Notes: generated by a model not told the origin, from the sequence alone. Positions 25,777 to 37,534 are shown, numbered from the whole stretch's first letter. The stretch: 53,294 bases of DNA, filler included, from Trypethelium eluteriae (GCA_051942245.1; 2 parts of 2 records of this genome joined end to end with filler, not necessarily neighbours in it), one strand, 5' to 3'. A program made the numbers and translations.

Positions 25777-26608
25777 TCACATATTCGTTTTGATCCATTC
25801 CCACATTTTTCCAAAGTATTCTTCGTCTACCGGTCTCACCGTCTTTAAAATTGGCGCGGTCTCTTTCGATTTCGCCATGGCAAATATGGGAGTCTCCTTT
25901 TGCTCTCGTTTCTCTTCTTGTCCACCTCCACTTTGGTCTCCATAGGCATCCCTCCAAAGCCCCAGAAGCCCCAGAGCTGGATGCTCTGGCATCTTCTCCC
26001 GCAAGCTCTCCAACTTTCTTACCCACTCTGCCGCCTCCACAACCTCAAACTTCTCCCTCTTCTTCATCCACCCTAGCAAATCCATCCACGTGGGCGTTGT
26101 ATGCTCGTTCAGCACATGACATACCCTGATTCTCTCCTCACCCTCTTTGCTGTCGCTCTGCTCCTTCCCCTGCTCCTGCTCCTGCTCCTCCCCCTCTTGC
26201 CTTCCTTCCCCTTCAACTACCATCGCACTCTCGATCACCGCACCCGCGGCAACATCCACTCCCAGCCACCCAAGCACCTCCTCTCTCAACGCTGGCAGTG
26301 CCCCCGTCTCGATCACGCTCCGCAGCATCAACGGCCACGCCTCGCTCGCATTCCACGCTCCCCGCTCCGTATCGCCCGCCAGCTGTCCCACGCGCAGCAC
26401 CGCGACCCGCCCCGCAAGTCGCGTCGTCTGCGCCGCACGAGCACAGATGTGTTCCGCAACCCATTTAGAGCGCGCGTAGCCCAGTGGAGCTGCGGCCGCC
26501 GGATCAGCGATCATCTGCTCCGGCACCGTCGGCGTGGCGCTGGACGAGGGGTCAGGGCGGTGGTGCAAGACGCTGGCCGTGGAAGAACAGAAGACGAAGG
26601 CGGGTGGG
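25777..26608 (-). CDS. C-terminal thioester-reductase/male-sterility (extended SDR) domain, NRPS-like; 5' part lost in the gap
   Basis: FVFCSSTASV, GYARSKWVAE (YxxxK), LRVGQLAGD and WNASEAWP. The frame runs into the Ns. Confidence 0.8.
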
Positions 26609-26708
26609 NNNNNNNNNNNNNNNNNNNNNNNNNNNNNNNNNNNNNNNNNNNNTTAATTAATTAANNNNNNNNNNNNNNNNNNNNNNNNNNNNNNNNNNNN
26701 NNNNNNNN
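26609..26708. other. Artificial scaffold gap spacer (44 N + TTAATTAATTAA + 44 N)
   Basis: Exactly 100 nt. The central palindrome places a stop codon in all six frames. Confidence 0.97.
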
Positions 26709-27214
26709 TTCACCAGCTGATCAAACGCCGGGTACACATAATCCGCAAACTGCACCTCCGCCACGGGCTTCCCCCCCTCCATCGCCACCCCAATCGCAAA
26801 CCCCACGATCCCCTGCTCCGTCAGCGGCGTATTGAAGACGCGCTCCGGCCCGAACGTGTCGAGCAGGTTGACGCTGCAGCGGAAGACGCCGCCAAAGGCG
26901 ACGTCCTCGCCGAAGAGCAGCACCGAGGGGGAGGCGCCTAGGGCGTGCGCCAGCGCGGCGTTGATGGCGGAGTGCAGTGGGAGTCGGGTGGTGCTGGGTT
27001 TGCTGGAGGGAGGGAGCGTCGAGGTGTCGATGTGGGGACTGAGAGAGGGAGAGGACAGCGCGGACTGCGAGGTGTGGTGGAGGAGGGGCGTGGTGGAGAA
27101 GTCGATGGGGAGGTTGAGGCGGGCTTGGGGAGGGTGCGAAGAGTAGGGTCGACATTGGGACGGCGGTCGAGCGCGTTTCCGGAGGATTGCTAAAGGCCGC
27201 GCGGTTGGCGGCAT
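26709..27214 (-). CDS. Branched-chain alpha-keto acid dehydrogenase E1 beta subunit, 5' part only (runs into the gap)
   Basis: Presequence, then [29 protein letters not shown] and [17 protein letters not shown]. Confidence 0.92.
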
Positions 27215-27795
27215 GGTTGATGGGTTATGAAGGAGCCATGGTGAGAATTTGAAGGCAATGGAGTTGTTTAAGGTAGTTATTGTACTTCGTAGGTAGGCTT
27301 GAAGGTCCGGCTGGCGCCGCTTATACTCGGCATTGAGTGAGGATCGGGACGGAGTAAGCCCCGTGACGGTATGAGAGGTACCTTATTCCTCAAAAAGTTC
27401 TATTAGAAGATCGTATAAGTTACTTAGCTAAGAGAGGTCTCCTGTAGATGATTCCCAGGATTGGAAAATACTGTGTGTACGATCGTGTCCCCCTCTGATA
27501 GTCTCGACCGCAGAAACACTCCTGAGAGAAGTAATATATCGTCGTAACATAGTCAAGTTTGAGTATGTAATGGATGAGATGCAGCACAATAATTTTGAGA
27601 TTGTTGCAAATCGAGATCACCATGACAAACTTGCGCAAAAGCTGAGCTCGTGGTTGAGCCTTTTTAGTGTTACTCTTGTGGTGAAACTTGATTTCAGCAC
27701 ACCGAGATCTTTCAGACGGCTACGAGGGAAATAGTCCAGTCGCTGCTACCATGGCTTCTGAGACTATATAGTTATTGAAAAGAATTTATATAATT

Positions 27796-27914
27796 ACATG
27801 CGATCATAGGAACGTGAAAGCACTCGATCCCGTCCGCTCTCGATACGTTAAGCACGTTGCCGCCTCGTCAGTAGTTGCGTGGGTGACCAGCAGCGAATAC
27901 GGGGTATTGCATGT
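27796..27914 (+). rRNA. Dispersed 5S rRNA gene
   Basis: 119 nt. Helix I ACATGCGAT/ATTGCATGT, conserved loop TCCCGTCCGCTC, and AGTAGTTG-GTGGGTGACCA-CAGCGAA. TATATA about 30 nt upstream and a long T-run after the 3' end. Confidence 0.93.
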
Positions 27915-27927
27915 TACATTGCTATTA

Positions 27928-27945
27928 TTTTTTTTCTTTTTTTTT
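27928..27945 (+). terminator. RNA polymerase III oligo-T terminator of the 5S gene
   Basis: TTTTTTTTCTTTTTTTTT starting 14 nt after the 5S 3' end. Confidence 0.75.
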
Positions 27946-28495
27946 AATCCCAAATCCACTTGTTCAATAGACCAACAGAACGTTGATTTTTCTCATTCAT
28001 CCAAAGCTTTCCTCGCCCGGGAGGTAAAAAAAGTCAACAATGCTCCTAAGTACTGAGCAATCTCTTATGCTGATGTATCAACGTAAGTGTAGTTGAAGAC
28101 TTAGAGACTATAGAATTTTTTCATGGTATTGTATTACTCTTTGAATTTAATGTGAACGTGTAATTCCAATTGCACAGTATATTGACGCGTCCTGTACAAG
28201 GTAGGATAGTGGATAATAAGACTTCAATGTTGTAGCGAGGATGAGAAATTGGACAAATCTCCCGCAAGGGCTAGAAATGGATTTAGTCTATCGTAAAACA
28301 CCTGCATAGACAAAAGGTGAGGAAACCCAGTGTCTCTTGACCACCATGAAAGCCCTCTGGCTACGGAGACTAGTTGAGACCGCCTACAAGAATGTCAATT
28401 CCCCCAACTCCCAATATGACCAAACTCCACAAAAATGCATCATAACTTCATTGCAAGTCCATATAGGGTGTTCACGGAACTGATCGTTTATCTCC

Positions 28496-31400
28496 TCAAA
28501 AATTCTTGTCCAACTTCGCCAAAGCTGCTGCCTTTTCCGGATCATGTCTAGTTTGACCAGCCGGCCCCGCACTACCTGACGGCGGCATGTCCTTCAGAAT
28601 CCTCTCAGCAGCCTGTTCTGCTGGCAATCTCGGGTTTCCCACATTCGGTTTCCCCGCCTTATCTTGCTCCGGTGGCGAAGAGGTCGCGACCGACTTCGGC
28701 TTCGACGAACCAGACGAGCTAGACGAACTATCACCGCCTTTCCTCCTCAGCCCGACCCTTCCCTTCTCATCCATCCACGTCTCGTATCCACGCTTGTCCA
28801 GGACCTCGCTCGGCACAACGCCCTGTGCCTCCATGGCGCGCACAACGTCCTGATTCTCCTTGTTCGAGTCGAGCAGGAAGCGCAAGCACATGATGGCGTG
28901 CTCCCGAATGTACGGGTTGTGCTCGTCATGCTGGGTGCAATTTAACACCGCTTCGATGCCGCCGTGCTTGCGGACCTGATCTTGGGCAGCGCGCGACTTC
29001 CAGACGAGCGAGGTCAAGACGAGGACGGTGATTTTCTTGAGGTTGCGCCATTCGTAGTCGGAGGGCTCGTCGGTGGGGTCTTCGACATCTTCGGGATAGG
29101 CGAGAGGGACGTCTGGATCGTAGGTGGCGTTGCTTGTGGATGTGGCTGCAGTTGGGGTTGTGGATGGGGCTGTAGGGTCTGGATCGTAGGGGCGCTCGAC
29201 TGCAACCAGGGGTGCAGAAGGGCTTTTCTGTACTGGCGGGGTTTCTTGCTGGGCAGTGGTTGGAGGAGGCGGCGGTAGATCAGTAGACGAGGGCCGGCGC
29301 AAAGCACTTAACTGACCTTTTGGTATGGCGAAGTCTAAGTCTTTGAGAAGCGTTACCAGCTCACCAATGATCTCCCAATCAATCATCATTCGCTTCCATA
29401 CGTCGTGTTCGGTTAGGACGGCAAAGAACTCCAAGTATTGATATACACCTTCATACATTCGCTCCATATCCCAGAGGTTGATTGGGAATTCCTCAGGGTG
29501 TGCACGACCATTGCGGATATTGCCTTGTAGAAAGACCAGTCCGCACGTTCGAGGAATGATGCGTCGACGGAATTCGATAAAAAGCTCCTTAACAATCACG
29601 ACATCAACGTGGTAGGGATATTGAGGTTGAGGAGCGTCTTTTCTACTCTTTCCAACCTCGGAAGTATTTTTGGACAATGTGGTGGAAGGACTTTGTCGTG
29701 TGCGGAAAATGCTTGCCAATAATTTGATTACGACAGCTTGAGCAGGAGAAATGACGTCTTTCGATCTTGAATCTTTGAAGGTATCGTAAGCTAGAGGCAT
29801 TAAGCCATTCAGAAGGATGGCCTCCATGATCTTCGTCATCAATTTATAATAGAGCTCATCTTCCCGTAGATCCCAGGCGGCAACGAAGATCAGAAGCTCA
29901 CGCAAGAGGTTGCGTCCATTTTCATAGGCAAGTAGTCGCTGGCAACGCACAGCATGATTCTTATTCAACTTCTGTGAATCCTTGTTGCCCTCTGCCTGCG
30001 TAGTAGAGTATGGCCCGACGATACTTGACATGATGATAATGGGGAGGACATCTATTTCCGAAGGACCTAATATCAAAGGGACATCCGTAAGAAGACCTCG
30101 GCCCTCTTCTCCAGGAAGACCATCGTAATCATCCTCACTGTTTTCTTCATCCTCGCTAAGTGGTGGCTCGTAGTCCACCGGATCAGATGGTCCGAGATCA
30201 TGACCAGACGTGGGTGGTGAAGCTTCGGGTGAAGCTGGAGATGCCATGGTCATTGCCTGACGTGGCGCGACGACAGGTGGTGGTTCGTTTTCTATCTGTC
30301 TCATCAATGAGTCTTTGCCTTCCTGAAGGATTTTGGCTCCGTCTTCTACAGAGTAGGTTACGCTATAATCGTCCGCCGATGCAGGTTGAGGGTTCGAGGG
30401 ATCATATCGTGCAACCAAACGGGTGTACCCTTGACCTGGATTGGCGTTACCGGTAGATAGAAGAGACCTGTCCATCTTAAGGCGTCCCGTGTACTTATCT
30501 ACAAGGTATGATGGAAGCCTATCGGGATCTAGCTCCGTATATTCCTTGTCGTTGAGATTTAGTCGATTCAAATAGAGCGCGAATGCTATTTCGTCCTGCT
30601 TTTTCGGTATCGTACTAGGATCACCTGATTCGGAGAGCTCATCAAGCGTCTTATAGTGGGCACTGATCCACTCCAGCTCCCACGGTTTTAGTTCGTCTTC
30701 AGAGAGACTTCTCCAGCGCCTCCAGCCTTCTGCGCGAATATCGTTCTCTGTTGCATCTTTCGGAAGAGAGCTCTCTATTGATTTCCGCATGTCACGCTCG
30801 TACAGTATGTAAGGATTTGCTGGTTTTTCGATATTCCTGTAATCAATGGGCGGCACCTCGGCAATGAGATCCCGAGAAAGCTTAAGAAGATGTTCTGTGG
30901 CGAAATCGTAATCCACTGTATATGCAGGCACCGAACCGATCAAGGGAGCACCTGTTTCTGAGGCTATATCGATAGGGTCAAATAGATCAATCCACAGCAT
31001 TTCCTTGCAACGGTCGTTCTGTGCAACGAAATTGTTGAGGAATTGGAGACTGGTGATCAAGAGTTTTTTGTCTATTAAACATCAGCATCTCCTCTCTCCC
31101 TTAATAGTGGTGAGTTCAACTTGACACATACAAGCATTCACGACCATTTGCCACTTCTCTTCATCGGAAGTACCCGCATCGCCATCATAACCACGGGCAG
31201 TGACTCTGATACATGTTGAGATAAGTTTGAAGACTTGTCTTTGGACATGAGCTGCAGCTGTGAGGTGTTGCGCGGGCTCTCCGATGGTCAGGACGTTGCG
31301 TGCAATGGCGGTGACGTCGTTGAGTCTTTCCAAGTCCTTAACCAAACTTGCAGCATGAACTGCAATTAGCGCCCCAGAAGCTGCGCCATACTCAAGAGCA

Positions 31401-31789
31401 TTGGGGTTGGGGTCAGCAAAGGAACGCTTCTCTAATGAAGGATTGGCTGCCTGTAACAGATGATGGGTATCCTCCCAAAATTGCTCGTTGCTGCCAATGG
31501 TCTTTCTATTAAGAACTTAGTATTAGCACGTTTAGGGATACAGACCGAATCGTCCTATCAAGAATCAAGAAAGAGAGAACTGGACTGACCGGACTTCGAG
31601 TTCCCTGCTCGAGGCTCGTAAGGTTTCCTTGCAGTTTTTTTGCTCCAGAAAGGTCATGGTTGCTTCTTTGACATAATCGGCTATCTTGAATTGGACTGTC
31701 CAAGCAGCAAGCGCTAATCTAATTAATGTGACGTATGCCTTCTTCCGTCTGTCTGCAGTAGCAGAATCTTCAGTTTGGATGGCCGCCAT
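28496..31789 (-). CDS. Ctr86/ataxin-10 family ARM-like protein; introns 31506-31589 and 31072-31131
   Basis: C-terminal ataxin-10 motif QDQVRKHGGIEAVLNCTQHDEHNPYIREHAIMCLRFLL. Three exons splice in frame from ATG 31789. Confidence 0.85.
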
Positions 31790-32663
31790 GATAGATAAAT
31801 TTCGCAATTGATTCCGGATTGGTGCCAGGCCACGCGGCTGATTCCAAGTTCCAGGCCTCTAGTCATTTCTGTGGCGTGTTGAAATCTGTTCTACTTTCCG
31901 TAATTCTTGCCTCTGATTCATAATTCGTATTACGCAGTGACCTAGGATGATGAAGCGGAGATGCGCCTTCCTGCATGGCACCTAGAAAGACAGAGCCCGG
32001 TTTAAAAGGCGGTGAGACTCGGCAGTACTCTGTGGCATTCTACGGGAACTGCGCGATACCCCGATCCAGTCTCTTCCAAGGCCAGTCATGAGAGGGAGCA
32101 CACGGCCACTGCCCATCTGCTACGAATGCAATTGCACCTCACAGTTGTAACATACAATCTCATCGACAGCGATGTAGCTAGGTTGGCGAATAGAAAGTCA
32201 GACCCGAATCTCGTCATGGCTATCTCGTGCTCGCGGGTAGTAAACCCTGCCCATTGCTCTCTCAGCAGAGAAAAGCACAAAGGGCTCCTCTACTTGCTGC
32301 TGCTGAAGAAAAGCTTCCTTTTAATTCCTGCAGCTTAACAAACTTCTTGCCTCCCATCTCCTATACTCGCTGTTTCATTTTTGCTGAAAGCCAATCAGTC
32401 GTCTGTTGTTCTGGTTCCAGCCAAAACAAGACTTTGGGAGCAATCATAGTCACTCGTGCGCAAGGCCCAGTTCTACCAGTTTGCAACATGAGTCCATAAG
32501 GAGAGAGCTCAATCGCTGGTCCCATTTCGATTGATCGCTTCTACTGCTACCACTGAAACATACAAAATAGATCTTGCACCATTGGTTTCCCGACTTGTAC
32601 CGAATCCTCCATTATCCTTCACTATTGGCGTCCGTGGCAAAAGCCGCCTCAAACTGCAGCCAG

Positions 32664-33742
32664 TCAAGACAAAGACGTGACACCTGGCCGGATAGCTTCA
32701 AGCTTTTGCTCCAGCTCCTCCCAAACCCGACGCTGTAGTTCAGCTCCAGTTGATCCCTTCGTGAGCCCTTTGGTGGGCGTGATCTTGCAGTCTGGCACGT
32801 ACTGACCATGGGACTCAGTACCCGCGCTAGCGCCGTTTGTGAGAGTACGCGCACCAACTTCGGGCCGGCGGCAAAGTACCCTCAAGATGAAGCGGGCGAT
32901 AAGGCTCGAGTCAATGTCACGCGTGAGCTCGCTGCGGCAGAATCTAGAGATGGCGAAAAAGAATCAGCAATCTGCTTTATCGCTGCTGATGCTACCCAGC
33001 CTCTTTCCCTATACAGTGCAGGAGCAAAGGTGACTTACCCTGGAGCCACACCGTTTATAATGACCCCACTGGAATCGCAGGGGGATAAAATAGCCATTTG
33101 CTTGATGATGAAAACCTGCAGCAGCTTTGAGACGTCATAGCGTTCACTCATGTTGGCAGTGTTCCTGTCGTTGAGGGTAGCGAAGATTTTACCGGTGCGA
33201 GCCTTTCCTTCTTCGAACTTGGCGTATTCGTAAAGCTCCGACGTAGTCACAGTGAAGTAAGTTTGTGTGCTGTATTTCTTGGCCGTCTCGCGGAGTTTAG
33301 GGTGAAGGAGGAAGCCAAGCAGGAAGGTTGATACGACGTTGGTCGTGATCATCTCTTCATTATCCTCAGTCATTCGAAACCCCCGTGTTCCCAGACCGGC
33401 GTTACCAAGGAGCACATCGAGTCGTGGCAGCTCGGATTTGACTTTGTCGCAAAAGGCTTGTACGGATGCATACGAGCTCATGTCAAGATGCCACACCTGG
33501 AGGATATCGGCTGAGCAAGAAGTCGTTGCTTGAATATCTCTAGCTGCAGCCTTGGCCTTCTCGACATTCCGACAGGCGAGAATGATTTGCGATGCTCCGC
33601 GGCGAACCATTGAACGGCAGGCTTCCAGACCTAGACCGGAGCTGCTTCCCGTAACAATGATAGTCTTACCATTGAAGGATGCAATCGGATCTGGTGGGGA
33701 GTGGATGAACTGACGATAGATGAAATCTATGAGGAGAGGCAT
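32664..33742 (-). CDS. Short-chain dehydrogenase/reductase (retinol-dehydrogenase-like); intron 32944-33038
   Basis: TGSSSGLG, LGNAG, YDVSK. Splicing gives VAPGFCRSEL...VWEELEQKLE. Confidence 0.92.
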
Positions 33743-34652
33743 ATTGAGCAGTACAATCCCTCGGCAAGGTCGGTTGTGGTGTGCCTATCGCCTTAGAGGG
33801 TAGCAAAGAAGTAAGGGCAATATCGGTCTATATCCGGAGCAACGTCTCTGAGTTATGCATTTCGTGGGAGCCTCTCGCGATATATATATACTTTTCTGTC
33901 GGCTTTAATGGCGTCAGTGGCATATGTCTACGGACTTAAAGGCGTGCGGATGGCTGGCATGTCTATTAGGAGATTTCATGTCTCAGTCAAGCTCACAGTC
34001 GAAATGCATACCGTATATGGCATAGCGTCTTTGCAGGGTTGCTGAAGTTACAATACTTAGCTTGGTGCGTCCAACGTCCAAATTCACACTAGGTAAGACG
34101 ACGCTCAGCTAACTTTCGGATCGGTGCGAGTTAGATAACTCATGTTTAAGGATCGGCTATGTTCGCTGGCTCTCCGGATGTGGCATACCCATATGTAACA
34201 CCACCACCTGCAACACATTGCCGATTCGATAGGGTTGATTGAAAAAACGTCCACGCACTTCTCCGCTATTTCATTTTCTCTATCCAATGTACACCAATGG
34301 CTCGAACATTAGCTTGACTCATTAATCGTCTTCTTAGAGGATAAGGATGCAGATTGGATAGCAAAGCAACTACGGCGATTTCTTGATAGAAATTACAGCC
34401 GCAATAGGCAGTGCATATAGTAATCTTTACCTTCTTTCTCTCTCTCTTCTCTCTCTCACAGACTCGGACTTCTACAATACATTCAGCTATAAATACGCTG
34501 GTGCTTGGGCCTCTCCCAATATGAATGGTGATGATTAGGATGACGTGCGTTATTGCGTATGTGCGCTCGGGCTTGCCTTACTAGCACAAGCCTATAGGTG
34601 CTCACACATCTACACTATAGATACAACTGTCTCATCACCACATACTGATACC

Positions 34653-34816
34653 GGGCCTGTGGCCTAATGGTAAGGTTAGTTTTTTCACGAATATATTTCT
34701 CTAGTGAATAGATGTTGATCATCGTCAATTCCAGGCGTCTGATTCCAGCTATTTCCACTTGAGGGAAGTTATGGCGAGTTTCCAGAAGATTGTCGGTTCA
34801 ATTCCGGCCGGGCTCA
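34653..34816 (+). tRNA. tRNA-Trp(CCA) with two intervening sequences (34675-34734 in the D-stem; about 34749-34780 canonical 37/38)
   Basis: Acceptor stem GGGCCTG/CGGGCTC + A; D-stem GCCT/AG|GC; anticodon arm TCTGA-TT-CCA-G...CCAGA (A31:C39 mismatch); T-arm GTCGG-TTCAATT-CCGGC; T-runs downstream. Confidence 0.85.
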
Positions 34817-35166
34817 GATTCTTTTTGTCTTCTCTTTTTTTTCCCCCTTATCTTACTACCAGACTTTATCTTAAGTTGAATAAGGTATTCATACAGAATA
34901 TCAAGCAGTCGAGACTGGGAAGAAAAATGATGGCATGGTGAGCCGATTGGAAAGAAGGAGCTCGGGGCAGTTTGCACCACTTAGGCGAATGGGAACGGAT
35001 TTTCTGGTGCAACCCATTCCCCTGCCACATTTCCCGTTGGAAGCGTTTGGTCAAGCTTGTACGCTCATAAGTACTCTACACACATCCTATATGACAGAAG
35101 AATTGATCGAGCGCTTATATCTCTTAAGTCTTAAGACCTATGTGAGAATAAAAACGACATATTATC

Positions 35167-36735
35167 ATGGTATTCTGCGGAAGACCTTCAAAGGCTTGCG
35201 AACGATGCAGGACCCGGAGGCTAAGAGTGAGTACAAAGTCTGACTCTTCACTTATCCCTGGATTTAAAGTCTAATTTAAAATATAGTGCGATATCAAGAG
35301 GGGCGGCTGTAGCCAATGTTTCAGGGCCAACATGCAGTGCTCAGGATACCGGGACGCACAGCATCTTCGGATTCGAAATGAGACCAAATCTGTTATGAGG
35401 AGAGTGTCAAGGAACGCATTGCCTCTCGAGCCGCAGTCTCTTCCTCTGGCAATAGATTTTCAAGCTCGCAATGTATTCTTTGCCTATTATGTCACTGGAA
35501 ATTCTGAATGCTGGAGCTTCCTTAAGCAGTATTATCATCCGACTGACTCACCAGATCACCTCACCATGGCAATTGAGGCAGTCAGCTTGGCATACCTCTG
35601 GCACCGAACCTACTCAGATGCTGCACTAATCACTGCTACGGAAAGATATGTATTGGCCTTACGAAACATGACGAAAGCTTTAGAATTTTCTCAAGGGGCC
35701 ATCCACGATACATCGTCATTGCTAGCGTCGCTTCTTCTTGATCTCTTTGAAAAGATCACTGACAGCAAACCTCGAAGCAGCAAATCATGGACGAGTCACA
35801 TTGATGGAGCTCTTGCTCTTGTTAGAGCTCGTGGCTTCGAGCAATTCCGAGACCCTTCGGAGTTCCGTGTGCTGCTCCGCTTTAGCATGAACTACATTAC
35901 GAGTTGCATGATCAGCGGCTCAGCTGTGCCAGATGAAATTATCGCGATTCGAACGTATGTTGGGAAACGTCTGAATGCTCAGGATTACACTTGTCGGATG
36001 CTAGAGCCAATAATTCGCTACACAAGTTTACGCAACGACATCCAAAGGAACGTCTTGTCCAATGACGATCTCATCAGAATTTCCGTAGAGTTGGACACTG
36101 AGATTCAAGCGCTGGAGCTCTGTATGCCATCCTCCTGGCAATACTCGACCACAGTCTTGGAGCACAAGTCGGACAGGAAGTTTGACCTTCATTTTGACTC
36201 TTATCCCCATCGAAACATATGCCAGGCACTGAATATCCTCCGATTTATCAGAATCCTTCTGAACGAATCCCTGGTTGAGTATTATACGGCATCACCTATG
36301 GACGGGAAGCCCGTGGCTTTGATCAGAACAGCACAGAAAAATGTCGAGAGATTGGCGGGTGAGATATGCGCAAGTGTACCGCAATATGTGGACTGCGATC
36401 ACGCAGCCAGGCAGCGACTGCTTCCGTCTGAGAAGTCGGAGACTCACGATAAGAGACTCGACGACGTCTCGGATCATGACAACAAGAGAGCTTGTCATCT
36501 CCATACTCCCAACCATCAAGCAGACGTCTATTCGCTCATCTTTCCCCTTTATGCGGCGGGGAGGGCGAAAACACTTCCTGAGATTAGGATCTGGGCCATC
36601 GAACAATTACACTATATGGGGAGTCATTTCCATCTTCGTAATGCTGAAGAGGTCGCTCAAATCCTCGAACGAGGAGCGGAGGTCCGCCCGTGGGAAGGAT
36701 ATGCCTTGCTTGGTAGCTATGCATTTACCGCCTAA
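35167..36735 (+). CDS. Zn(II)2Cys6 transcription factor; intron 35227-35286
   Basis: Spliced N-terminus MVFCGRPSKACERCRTRRLR|CDIKRGGCSQCFRANMQCSGYRD, then a fungal TF middle region (WTSHIDGALAL). Confidence 0.93.
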
Positions 36736-37534
36736 CGCACCTCTTCATTGCTCGATGGCCTTCGTAGCAGAAATCCTGTGCTTCCTTGCGTCATTGCTCA
36801 CTAGTTTGGTAGACAACTACTTCGGACGACGGCTTGAGGACTATCATTCTGGCGGATTGATCGTCTCCAATGGCTTTAACCGTGGAATTGTGCGATATTT
36901 GGGTTTTTCGTTTGTGTTCTACAAATTTTGTGCACTCTTACGAAAGCCCTGTGATCAGATTCTCAAGGATCTTAGGTACTAGGGGTTCTAGGGGTTCCAG
37001 ACATACTCATAGTACCTGAGAAGCGGAGTTAGCTAAGGCGTATTGGAACAAGAACTCTCTAGAGCTGAGGGCTGTGATGAAGCTTGATAATCTTGCATAG
37101 AAATTTGGTTGCTCTTTTATGATGGAATTTTACCAGTCTCAACGACGTACTCAGATGCGCATACTTAATAGCCGGGTTGTGCTTTGGTCGGGTGCAGGCC
37201 GACGCGTATTCCAGTGGTAGATGTTCGCCTCACGAGCCTGATCAGAAGTAGGTTAGGTACTAGGTAGGTACCAAGATCTCCGAGTCATCGAGATTGAATG
37301 GATTTACTCGCAACCAACCGCTGTCTAAATGATACCTGATTATCTGTCTCGTCATTTCAAGGCTATGCTCCTATTGCTCTATTTACATGATTAAGAGTGC
37401 GACGGGGGAATCACAAGTATCATTACCTCTCAGTATGCAGACAAATAATGGGAGATAACCAGCTGGAGTCCAGATGCTACTTTAATCTCCAATTAGTCGG
37501 AACTTGCTTTGCTCCGTCCCGGACCAAACAAATC

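Noticed and set aside
26653..26664. TTAATTAATTAA palindrome
   Set aside because: Centred in 44+44 Ns; a six-frame-stop assembly linker, not biology.
34625..34634. CTGTCTCA complementarity to large-subunit rRNA (TGAGACAG) as a snoRNA guide
   Set aside because: Only 8 nt and not adjacent to the D box; too weak to assign a target.
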